This document shows, one piece after another, positions 24,924 to 32,000 of a stretch of 32,000 nucleotides of DNA. Each line of letters opens with the position of its first letter. Positions within the stretch are counted from its first letter, which is position 1. The stretch comes from Planctopirus limnophila DSM 3776 (GTDB lineage: Bacteria; Planctomycetota; Planctomycetia; Planctomycetales; Planctomycetaceae), in contig NC_014148.1 of the NCBI RefSeq assembly GCF_000092105.1, forward strand, positions 3,420,001 through 3,452,000, written 5' to 3'. The notes under the pieces were generated by a model. That model did no database searches, was not told the origin of the DNA, and saw only the letters and a program-made list of their open reading frames with translations. A program made the translations under genes and the position numbers.

Positions 24924-25544
24924 TTAAAGATATCGATCGAGCACCGCGCGGGAGGTTGTATCCAGCCGCTGATGATCGGAGACGCGGTATCTGAGACCTT
25001 GTGAGTCTGAGATCAGCACGCTGTCAGAATCAAGACGCCGGACATCATCGAGTGAAATCACTTCAAAATCGGTCACGCCGGCATTGGTTTCCACCGTCCA
25101 ATGGCAGGGTGGCGAGTTCGGTTCCGTCTTTACGATTCGCAGAATCTCTGGCACAAAATCGCGTTGTTCCAGAGCATTGAGGATCATTTGCCGAGGGCCT
25201 GTCTGCAGCAGATCCAGACAGGGAATCAAGCCCCATTCGAGCCCCTTTTCATCAACGAGCGCAATGTGATTTGCGGGCGAACTCCAGGGAAAGCTGCGGA
25301 CAGGCTCGACAATGACGGGTGGTTTGCCAGGCCATGCTGCCAGCAATCGGCCAAAAGGATCGACCCAAAGCTCTAATTCATGCCAAGGCAGATCGATTGT
25401 TTTGAACCCCGGGATTGTCGCTTCCATCCCACGCTCCCCTACTGCTGATGAATTCACAAGCCAGCCTGTCACCAATCCCGTCGCAAAAATCACAGATGAC
25501 GCTGGGCCTTTCATCCTTCGATGAAAATCGAGTTTCGCTGGCAA
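24924..25544 (-). CDS. DUF1854-like protein
   Basis: The pattern PVRSFPWSSP..HIALVDEKG.EWG.I..LD.L....RQ.L...LEQRDFVPEI.RI......PPCHWTVETNAGVTDFEV....DVRRL....VLISDSQGLRYRV.D...LD..SRAVLDRYL matches my recollection of the DUF1854 family. The start is uncertain (25544, 25514 or 25427). Confidence 0.55.
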   Translation of the reverse strand: MPAKLDFHRRMKGPASSVIFATGLVTGWLVNSSAVGERGMEATIPGFKTIDLPWHELELWVDPFGRLLAAWPGKPPVIVEPVRSFPWSSPANHIALVDEKGLEWGLIPCLDLLQTGPRQMILNALEQRDFVPEILRIVKTEPNSPPCHWTVETNAGVTDFEVISLDDVRRLDSDSVLISDSQGLRYRVSDHQRLDTTSRAVLDRYL

Positions 25545-25562
25545 TCCATGACAATAGCCATG

Positions 25563-27116
25563 TTATACCAGTTTTTCAGCCAGCCGGGATAACCGAAGCA
25601 GGCAACTCGTCTGACCAATCAATTCCATGGCGTCGAACAGACCAATTCCTGAACCTCGGCCGGTGACTCCCAGTCGCAACGGGGCAACCACTTGACCAAT
25701 TTTATGACTCTGCTGTTCTGCCCATTGATGCACCAGCTGATCCAAAGCTGTCGCCTGCCATGATTCAGCATCTTGAAGCAGAGACTGCAGTGCCAGAACC
25801 ATCTCGCGGCTTCCTGCCTGTGAACGCAGTTTTTCGAGCGGCTTGGATTCAAACTCGAGCGTCTCATCATTCGAAAAGAATTCTCGATAGTCGAGTATAT
25901 CGCTGAAGATCTTCAATCGATCGCCGATACCGGCCAGCATGGCTGCCAGCCGCTCATCGCTGGCTGCCCAGCCCATCTTGTCGAGATAAGGTTTCACCCC
26001 GGCTACCTTGTCGCTGATTGGCAGGACATTCATCCAGTGAGCCTGGAGGGCCTGCAGCTTATCACCGTCAAAACCTGCGGAACTTTTGACGATTCGATCC
26101 AGCGTAAAGTTCTCCACGATCGTGTTGAGATCCATGATCTCCGTCTTATCATCGAGTGACCAGCCTAATCGAGCCAGGGCATTGAGAATTCCCGCCGGTA
26201 GATAGCCCATCTTTTCGTAGTACTCAACCATCACCGGACTCAAGGTTTTCGAATCGCCCAGCCCGAGTTTCGGGCCGATCTCGTCCGCGCGGTCAAACAG
26301 CTTCTTGAGTGCCGGGACATTTCGAAGTTTATCCAGGTCGCGTTTGCTGAGCTTCTTGGTCGAGCCCGGCGAGGTGATGAACGGAATGTGTGCGAAGACC
26401 GGCGGCTCGCAACCCAAAGCGCGAAAAAGTAAAGTCTGCACGCAGGTGTTCGTCAAATGCTCTTCGGCCCGAATCACATGTGTGATCTTCATGGCGGCAT
26501 CATCGACCACCGAGGCAAAGTTGTAGAGAAACGTGCCATTGGATCGCATGAGGACCGGATCGGGCATGGTGCCGCAATCCCAGGTGACTTCTCCGCGGAC
26601 GGCGTCGTGGATGGTGACCGACTGATCCCGCGGCACAAGCAACCGCACCACGAAGGGCGTCCCCGCCGCTTCGAGTTCAGCGATCTTTTCGGGGGTCAGT
26701 TCGAGCGAACGGCGGATATTGACATAGTTCCGCTTCGCCGCTTCCGCCTCGGCACGATCCTGCTGCACGACTTCGGGAGCATCAAAGTCTTTAAAGGCCT
26801 TCCCTTCTGCAAGAAGTCGATCGATGGCCTCACGATAGATCCCGGTTCGCTGCGACTGATAGTAAGGTGCGTAGGGGCCGCCCTTCTCGGCCCCCTCGTC
26901 CCAATCAAGTCCCAACCATTGAAAGGCCCGGAAGATCGGCTGCAGGGCTTCGCTGACGTTTCGTTGCTGATCGGTATCGTCAATCCGCAGAATGAAAGTA
27001 CCGCCCGTATGACGAGCCCACAGCCAGCAAAAAAAAGCCGTTCGCATGCCGCCAATATGCATGTAACCGGTGGGACTGGGGGCAAAACGTGTGCGGACAG
27101 GTCGAGGGGAGGTCAT
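25563..27116 (-). CDS. gltX: glutamate--tRNA ligase
   Basis: 517 aa. The protein begins RTRFAPSPTGYMHIGGMRTAFF, which carries the class I HIGH motif, and it contains KLSKR (KMSKS). The overall GluRS layout includes the C-terminal anticodon-binding region. Confidence 0.93.
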   Translation of the reverse strand: MTSPRPVRTRFAPSPTGYMHIGGMRTAFFCWLWARHTGGTFILRIDDTDQQRNVSEALQPIFRAFQWLGLDWDEGAEKGGPYAPYYQSQRTGIYREAIDRLLAEGKAFKDFDAPEVVQQDRAEAEAAKRNYVNIRRSLELTPEKIAELEAAGTPFVVRLLVPRDQSVTIHDAVRGEVTWDCGTMPDPVLMRSNGTFLYNFASVVDDAAMKITHVIRAEEHLTNTCVQTLLFRALGCEPPVFAHIPFITSPGSTKKLSKRDLDKLRNVPALKKLFDRADEIGPKLGLGDSKTLSPVMVEYYEKMGYLPAGILNALARLGWSLDDKTEIMDLNTIVENFTLDRIVKSSAGFDGDKLQALQAHWMNVLPISDKVAGVKPYLDKMGWAASDERLAAMLAGIGDRLKIFSDILDYREFFSNDETLEFESKPLEKLRSQAGSREMVLALQSLLQDAESWQATALDQLVHQWAEQQSHKIGQVVAPLRLGVTGRGSGIGLFDAMELIGQTSCLLRLSRLAEKLV

Positions 27117-27295
27117 GCGAGCCGTTTCTGTTCAAGCAGTCGGAATCGAGGTTGTGGGTCAAAGCGAGGGATTCGCCTCTCTGTGAAGTTCCCTCACTTT
27201 AGCCGATTAAACGTCCTGACCCCAGCCAGAAAGAGATCTGTGTCCAAATGCTGCTCCGGAAGACTTTGGGGAAACCGTCTTTTGAAACAGGTGTC

Positions 27296-27585
27296 GCGGA
27301 GGGTGTGACGGGGTTGGGGGTATCGACCGTTCGTGTGGTCATAGGAGGGGCTTTCGGGAATGGGGTGGGGGATAGATTGGGAGAGAAAGGGTTGAGTATG
27401 GGTTTGGCTGGATCTGGTTGGGGGAGGGAATTGTGAAGAGCGGAAGGGAGCGGGGAGAGGAAAAGAAACCGGCCGCCAGGGATGACGGCCGGGGTTGAAG
27501 GGGTGGAATTGGGTCAGGAGGGCGTTTGGGAATGGTTTGAACTGGGTTCAGGTGGAGTCAATGGGTTTCAGCGGGTCGTTTTTGA
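27296..27585 (+). other. about 290-bp G-rich, C-poor tract (strong strand asymmetry) between the Rhs/immunity cassette and gltX
   Basis: A hand count of 27361-27460 gives 54 G against 4 C. Runs of GGG to GGGGG are frequent. 27362-27391 (ggggtgggggatagattgggagagaaaggg) fits the canonical G3+N1-7 x4 quadruplex pattern. There is no credible ORF on either strand. Confidence 0.7.
27461..27492 (-). terminator. rho-independent terminator (minus strand) downstream of the immunity-like gene
   Basis: The 7-bp GC stem 27469-27475 ccggccg / 27486-27492 cggccgg has a 10-nt loop. On the minus strand the hairpin is followed by UUUCUUUU (27468-27461). Confidence 0.55.
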
Positions 27586-27608
27586 GACGCTATCAGATCA
27601 GGCAAGAC

Positions 27609-27658
27609 CTCTTGTGCCGCTGGGACACAGGTCGCCCGAAGACGAGCAACCTGTGTCA
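27609..27658 (+). repeat. 50-bp hairpin-forming repeat, copy A (4 nt downstream of the immunity-like gene stop)
   Basis: ctcttgtgccgctgggacacaggtcgcccgaagacgagcaacctgtgtca matches 30411-30460 at 45/50 positions in direct orientation. The internal 8-bp stem gacacagg/cctgtgtc encloses a 5-bp stem (gcccg/cgagc, including one G:T) with a 4-nt loop. Confidence 0.85.
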
Positions 27659-27664
27659 GCCTCC

Positions 27665-28321
27665 TTATATATTCTTGGTCATTTCCTCAACAGCATAGTT
27701 TACATCTTCGTCTGCAGTTCCATACACGTCCCTGGTTGTCTCAGCAACAAGTGTCGCAATTGCTTGAAATTGCTCTCTCTCAGAGAATACATAACGACAG
27801 TGATTTTCAATCGATGTAATCCATGATGTGCATATCATTGTTGGGTACCGCTTTCTTGATGCGATATGCAGCAGGGCAGTTGATAATGCAATTGGACGGC
27901 AGGATTTGATTTTGCACAACTCAATCATACTGGATATGCGATGCAGGCGACTCGAAGTCGGTCTCAAATAGAATGAACTTGCACATAGCGCTATAAAAAA
28001 CTCATCCGGACCATGAGATGATATGTATGCACTTGCAATGCCGTTCACCAGCGAAGCTCTCGAATTGAACGCCTCTTTAACAATATCAGCAGGGATTGGT
28101 GTTGAGAGTTCCATGCAGGCAATTATTGCACAAAACTTTAATCTCTCTGGCATTAGTCTCCATATGGCAATCAATTCTTCGCTTGTGTCAATATGATTCC
28201 TTTCACACCAATCCAAGAAAAGTATATAAACGCTTCGAGTAGTATGATTCTCTGGAGATAAAGTGGCAATTATTCGCGTTACAACACTTTCAATTGTGCG
28301 TACTCTTTTCTTCTTACTCAT
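27665..28321 (-). CDS. hypothetical protein, candidate immunity protein for the upstream Rhs C-terminal domain
   Basis: The start is set at Met 28321 (MSKKKRVRTIESV...), 31 nt after the Rhs stop. The longer ORF-track version (to 28516) would overlap the Rhs 3' end. G+C is low (24/60 in 28081-28140 by hand count). The position and orientation are classical for Rhs immunity genes. No family was recognised. Confidence 0.6.
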   Translation of the reverse strand: MSKKKRVRTIESVVTRIIATLSPENHTTRSVYILFLDWCERNHIDTSEELIAIWRLMPERLKFCAIIACMELSTPIPADIVKEAFNSRASLVNGIASAYISSHGPDEFFIALCASSFYLRPTSSRLHRISSMIELCKIKSCRPIALSTALLHIASRKRYPTMICTSWITSIENHCRYVFSEREQFQAIATLVAETTRDVYGTADEDVNYAVEEMTKNI

Positions 28322-28352
28322 AATGCTATTTCTAGGTAACAAAGGGTAGTGT

Positions 28353-30461
28353 TTATTGAGGGTGGCAGTGTGTATGCGAGCACTTGCAGTTCCATGGTTT
28401 CTCCCCTGGGGTGTGACATCCCGCGTTTCTGCATTTTTTCTCTGCAGCTGCCTCACAGCTCTCTTTGGTGTCACCTGTAGCACTGAAGATACCACATCCG
28501 GGCTTGCAGCATCCATTTGCCTTTGTCGTGCCCTTCCATTTTGGTTTTTTGCAAGTCCAAATAGTTAGTCCAGTTGCCATGCCAGTTCTATCCCACGTGC
28601 ATGTATTTAACACTTCGCCTTTCGATTCACAGCATTGTTTACCTAAATCAATCTTTATTTGAGTGCAACAATTTCCATTTATCCAGGCTAAGTAACTGCA
28701 GTATTCGTTGGAAACTTGGGGGCCCCTTCCCGAGCCAGGGCAATAGTTATGACAGGGTGTTCCAGTGCAGGGGATCTCTCGCAAGCCTGATGGGTCTGTG
28801 TGGTTTAATGGTTTACTAGATGCGTACGAATACAGAGGTGTGAAGCCTGGCTCAACAATCAATCTCACCTGTTCGTTGATAAGTCGAAATATAGGATCAC
28901 GTGATACCCAGAGGCCTAAGGTGGAAATGAGCGTTCGGTGCCGAACCATATACATAACCTGTGACTTGATTGCCTTGTAGCCACAGTAAAGAATTGTCCA
29001 GGCACGACTGGGAGAAGCGTGGACAAAGCTGTCGTCGAGGGTGGTGATTTTGCCATAAAGAGAGTAGTTGTAGTGTTCCTGGGTGTCGCCGTTCCCATTG
29101 ACAATGGCGTCGACGTTCCAGTTGGCGTCTTGAAGGGTGTAGAGGCGTTCGTCGAGGGTGGAATCTGTAGAACGGTCGCGGAGGAGGCAGTTGTCGATGT
29201 ATCTCAGACCCCAGATGTGGTGTTGGTGGGGGGCTTCTGAATCAGGGGCGGTGCCCAGGCGGTCTTCGAGGTTTTGCCAGCCGCTGTTGTAGTAGAGGTG
29301 GCGGGTTTCCTCGATGGTACCGTCGGTGTATTCTTCCTGGGTAATCTGGAACTTGCGGCCGTCGTAGGCGTAGGTGCTGACGGTTTCCAGTGTGCTGGAG
29401 ACTTCCTCTTCGAGTTTGACGAGTCGGTTCCAGGCGTCGTAGGTGGCGAGGTATTCCTTGCTGGGGTCTTTGGGCTGGGGGATGGTGGTCATGTTCCCGG
29501 CGGGGGAGTAGGCGGGTTGGGCCCAGCTTGAACCGACGCTGTTGGTGATGGTGCCGATTTCGTTGACTTCGTTGGCGGTTCTGGCCTGGACAAGGTCGTT
29601 GGTCAGATCGCCGTCGTCGTCGCGGGTGTGGGCGGTCCAGTTGCCGGTGGCGTCGAGGTTCCAGGTCTCGCCGAACGTTTGACTGGTGAGGGCCGTGTGG
29701 CCGACATTCAATGTTCCGCGAGCCATGTCCTTCAACCGATGGCTGCCGTCGTAGGTGTAGATTTCGTCGAACTCGGCACTGTAAGACTGGGCGACCGGGT
29801 TTTCCCGCCAGATGCGGTTCGAGGCGCGGTCGTAGCCGTACTTGATGCGGTCGAGATCGGTGCCCTCTTTGTGCCAGCGGTTGTCTTTGACTCGGCCAAA
29901 GCGGTCGAGGCCCGTGTATATATCGCCGGTATCGGGATCATTGCTGGAACCGACCAGCGTCCATTGGATGCCGGGTTCGGGGGAGGTGCTGGTGACGAAG
30001 GTACTACGGCCCAGGTATTCGTAATCGACCAGGTGAGTGGAATCGTCGTCGATGATCGAGACGGTGCGGCTGAGGGCATCATCCAGACTGTTGGCGGTGC
30101 CGTAGCTGTAGGTCAACGTGCGGCCGTTGGGATAGACCAGCCCTGTCTGGCGGATCGAGTTATTCGAGCCGTCGGCGTAGGTGTACTGGACTTTCGGTGT
30201 CGTCAACACGTTCACCGCTCCATCATGGGACTGGTACTCCGTGATCAGTTGGCCAAAATCATCGTACACCATTTGTACCTGATTGATGCAGTTACTCATT
30301 GCGACGGAATCGAAAGCCACTGCCGGCGAGCGATCCCCGGCAGTGGGTGGAAAGAAACACTTTGCTGAAATATCAAAGAGCAAAAAGATCATGGTCGAGG
30401 GAGGCGCAAACTCTTGTGCCGCTGGCACACAGGTCGCTCTAAGACGAGCAATCTGTGCCAC
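28353..30461 (-). CDS. RHS repeat-associated core protein, N-terminally short form, with a novel Cys-rich C-terminal domain
   Basis: YD/RHS repeats are present throughout (VYDDFGQLITEYQ, YTYADGSN, LVYPNGRTLTYSYG, YEYLGR, YGYDRASNRI, YTYDGSHRL, YAYDGRKF). The RHS core end reads YCGYKA.....MYMVRHRTLISTLGLWVSRDPI...PLYSYASSKPLNHTDPSGL. A 142-aa tail with 19 Cys follows. The start is uncertain: the first 17 codons lie inside repeat copy B, and Met 30392 or Met 30299 are alternatives. Confidence 0.85.
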   Translation of the reverse strand: MAQIARLRATCVPAAQEFAPPSTMIFLLFDISAKCFFPPTAGDRSPAVAFDSVAMSNCINQVQMVYDDFGQLITEYQSHDGAVNVLTTPKVQYTYADGSNNSIRQTGLVYPNGRTLTYSYGTANSLDDALSRTVSIIDDDSTHLVDYEYLGRSTFVTSTSPEPGIQWTLVGSSNDPDTGDIYTGLDRFGRVKDNRWHKEGTDLDRIKYGYDRASNRIWRENPVAQSYSAEFDEIYTYDGSHRLKDMARGTLNVGHTALTSQTFGETWNLDATGNWTAHTRDDDGDLTNDLVQARTANEVNEIGTITNSVGSSWAQPAYSPAGNMTTIPQPKDPSKEYLATYDAWNRLVKLEEEVSSTLETVSTYAYDGRKFQITQEEYTDGTIEETRHLYYNSGWQNLEDRLGTAPDSEAPHQHHIWGLRYIDNCLLRDRSTDSTLDERLYTLQDANWNVDAIVNGNGDTQEHYNYSLYGKITTLDDSFVHASPSRAWTILYCGYKAIKSQVMYMVRHRTLISTLGLWVSRDPIFRLINEQVRLIVEPGFTPLYSYASSKPLNHTDPSGLREIPCTGTPCHNYCPGSGRGPQVSNEYCSYLAWINGNCCTQIKIDLGKQCCESKGEVLNTCTWDRTGMATGLTIWTCKKPKWKGTTKANGCCKPGCGIFSATGDTKESCEAAAEKKCRNAGCHTPGEKPWNCKCSHTHCHPQ
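30411..30460 (+). repeat. 50-bp hairpin-forming repeat, copy B (31 nt downstream of the alpha/beta hydrolase stop, overlapping the nominal Rhs ORF start)
   Basis: ctcttgtgccgctggcacacaggtcgctctaagacgagcaatctgtgcca is 45/50 identical to 27609-27658. It forms a 6-bp version of the same stem. Confidence 0.85.
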
Positions 30462-30491
30462 CTGCTGTCCGGAAGGTTGGTGAGCCGAGAA

Positions 30492-31463
30492 TCACTTGCG
30501 AGCAACATGCTTGCCGAGGAAATCACGCATCAGTCGGGCAATCTCGTCGCCGTTGGATTCCAGGGCAAAGTGACCCGCGTCGAGGAGATGGAACTCCAGC
30601 GTCTTGAGGTCTCGTTTGTAAGGCTCGGCACCGGCAGCGGGGAAGATCTGATCATTCTTTCCCCAGACGATCAGCATCGGCGGCTGGTGCTTACGGAAAT
30701 ACTCCTGCCAGCGGGGATAAAGGGCCGGATTGCTGCCGTAACTGAGGAACATGTCGAGCTGAATCTCGGCATTGCCGGGGCGGTCGAGGAGAAACTGATC
30801 GTGGGCAGCTCCATCCGGGCTGACACGCTCCGGCTGCTTCACCCCATGCAGATACTGCCACTTGGTGGCGTCGTAGTTGAGAACTCCCTTGAGGGCGTCG
30901 CGCTTCGTCTGGCTGGTGGGATCGTTCCAGTAGGCCTTGATCGGCTTCCAGAAGTCGTTGTCGAGCCCTTCATCGTAGGCATTGCCATTCTGGACGACGA
31001 TCGCCGTGATGCGTTCGGGATGGGCACTGGCCAGACGATAGCCGATCGGCGCGCCGTAGTCCTGCACATAGAGGGCGTACTTCGTGAGGCCGATCTTTTG
31101 CGTGAATTCGTCGATTACCTTTGCCAGGTTGTCGAAGGTGTAGGTGAATTTGTCGTGGGTGGGCATCGAGCTGTGGCCGAAACCGGGATAGTCAGGGGCG
31201 ATGACGTGGTACTTGTCGGCCAGAGCGGGAATGAGATTGCGGAACATCTGCGAACTGGTGGGAAAGCCGTGCAGCAGCAGGATCGTCGGCGCGTCCTTCG
31301 GACCGGCCTCACGATAGAAGATGTCGAGGTCGCCCACTTTGACCGTCTTGTGCAGGACAGTCTGGGTTTGAGCCTGGGTTTCGTTGGCGGAGAGCCAACC
31401 CCATGCCGTGAATGCTGAGAAAGCCAATAGAATAGCGAGGGAATTACTGCGAGACATGGTCAA
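30492..31463 (-). CDS. secreted alpha/beta hydrolase (epoxide hydrolase / haloacetate dehalogenase-like, Asp nucleophile)
   Basis: 323 aa with a signal peptide ([31 protein letters not shown]). Other motifs are [18 protein letters not shown], the nucleophile elbow [10 protein letters not shown], and a C-terminal GHFALE containing the catalytic His. Confidence 0.8.
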   Translation of the reverse strand: MTMSRSNSLAILLAFSAFTAWGWLSANETQAQTQTVLHKTVKVGDLDIFYREAGPKDAPTILLLHGFPTSSQMFRNLIPALADKYHVIAPDYPGFGHSSMPTHDKFTYTFDNLAKVIDEFTQKIGLTKYALYVQDYGAPIGYRLASAHPERITAIVVQNGNAYDEGLDNDFWKPIKAYWNDPTSQTKRDALKGVLNYDATKWQYLHGVKQPERVSPDGAAHDQFLLDRPGNAEIQLDMFLSYGSNPALYPRWQEYFRKHQPPMLIVWGKNDQIFPAAGAEPYKRDLKTLEFHLLDAGHFALESNGDEIARLMRDFLGKHVARK

Positions 31464-31511
31464 TACTCTCTAAATGAGAAGTGGGCTTTAAAGAACAAGT
31501 TTGATCGTTAT

Positions 31512-32000
31512 TTAGCGGATTTCGAAAATGCCCGGGTGATCCGCTGGGCGTGCGCCGGGGGCGGGCCAGAAGAATTTGCGGTCGGATTCGACGATATCGA
31601 TGTCGTTGATGCTGGCCTCGCGGCGACGCATCAAACCACGTTCGTCGAACTCCCAGAGTTCGTTGCCATAGCTCCGGTGCCAGCCGCCGTGGAGATCGCG
31701 CCATTCATACTGGAAGCGGACAGCGATACGATTATCAGTAAAAGCCCAGAGATCTTTCACCAGCCGATAGTCGAGTTCCCGTTGCCATTTACCAGCCAGA
31801 AACCGTTGGATCTCTGCGCGACCGGTGACGAACTCGCTGCGATTACGCCAGACGGAGTCCTCGGTGTAGGCAAGGGAGACACGCACTGGATCACGGGAAT
31901 TCCAGCTATCTTCGGCCAGACGAACTTTGCGGAGTGCCGTCTCTTGTGTGAATGGCGGCACTAGGATCAGTGTCGCATGCTGTTGGATCGTCGTGGACAT
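31512..32000 (-). CDS. DUF1348 family protein (NTF2/SnoaL-like fold)
   Basis: The pattern [97 protein letters not shown] matches DUF1348 as I remember it. The Met codon occupies 31998-32000, the very last bases of the window, so the ORF may be complete or may extend further. Confidence 0.7.
   Translation of the reverse strand: MSTTIQQHATLILVPPFTQETALRKVRLAEDSWNSRDPVRVSLAYTEDSVWRNRSEFVTGRAEIQRFLAGKWQRELDYRLVKDLWAFTDNRIAVRFQYEWRDLHGGWHRSYGNELWEFDERGLMRRREASINDIDIVESDRKFFWPAPGARPADHPGIFEIR

Noticed and set aside
27482-27826. 114-aa plus-strand ORF starting in the G-rich tract, and the 62-aa ORF at 27248-27436.
   Set aside because: Their Gly, Val and Trp-rich translations are an artefact of the G-rich composition. 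The first also runs across repeat copy A and antisense into the immunity-like gene.
28322-28516. A 65-codon upstream extension of the immunity-like ORF.
   Set aside because: It would overlap the 3' end of the Rhs gene by 164 nt. The internal Met at 28321 gives the usual short intergenic spacing seen in toxin/immunity pairs.
27609-30460. The 50-bp repeats considered as a CRISPR array or as integron attC sites.
   Set aside because: There are only two copies, 2.8 kb apart, and no cas genes, so this is not a CRISPR array. There is no intI gene and no RYYYAAC/GTTRRRY core sites, so integron attC sites are unsupported.

Overview
The window is a chromosomal segment whose gene content suggests a Planctomycetota-like genome. 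That assignment is inference only, based on Tat-signal xylose-isomerase-like TIM-barrel proteins, several sulfatase-fold proteins, Flp-like pilins and the integrase type. Bases 1-10900 carry ordinary or accessory genes: a sialate O-acetylesterase-like esterase, a class III aminotransferase, a haloalkane-dehalogenase-like hydrolase, an orphan efflux adaptor lipoprotein, an ecotin homologue, a TIM-barrel isomerase, a degenerate sulfatase-like protein and two tandem Flp-like pilin paralogues. Bases 10952-23214 form a 12.3-kb integrative island in tRNA-Ser(UGA), bounded by a 62-bp perfect direct repeat. The island carries integrase, excisionase, a small ORF and a Rep_trans-like initiator. It also carries a type I R-M locus ordered hsdM, hsdS, AlbA_2/HATPase gene, hsdR remnant, rhuM, hsdR. 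Four details inside the island deserve follow-up. The integrase ORF would fuse in frame to the ORF at the other island end after excision. hsdS contains a G10 tract. A decayed hsdR 5' fragment lies upstream of rhuM. HsdR carries a 4x CxxCGxxxCxC insertion. Bases 23324-27116 encode an arylsulfatase, a DUF1854-like protein and gltX. Bases 27296-30461 contain a G-rich tract with strong strand asymmetry, followed by a low-GC Rhs C-terminal module. That module consists of a 5'-truncated Rhs, a very cysteine-rich C-terminal domain and a putative immunity gene, and it is bracketed by two about 50-bp hairpin-forming direct repeats. The window ends with an alpha/beta hydrolase and a DUF1348 protein. 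All family assignments come from motif recognition by eye; no searches were run.
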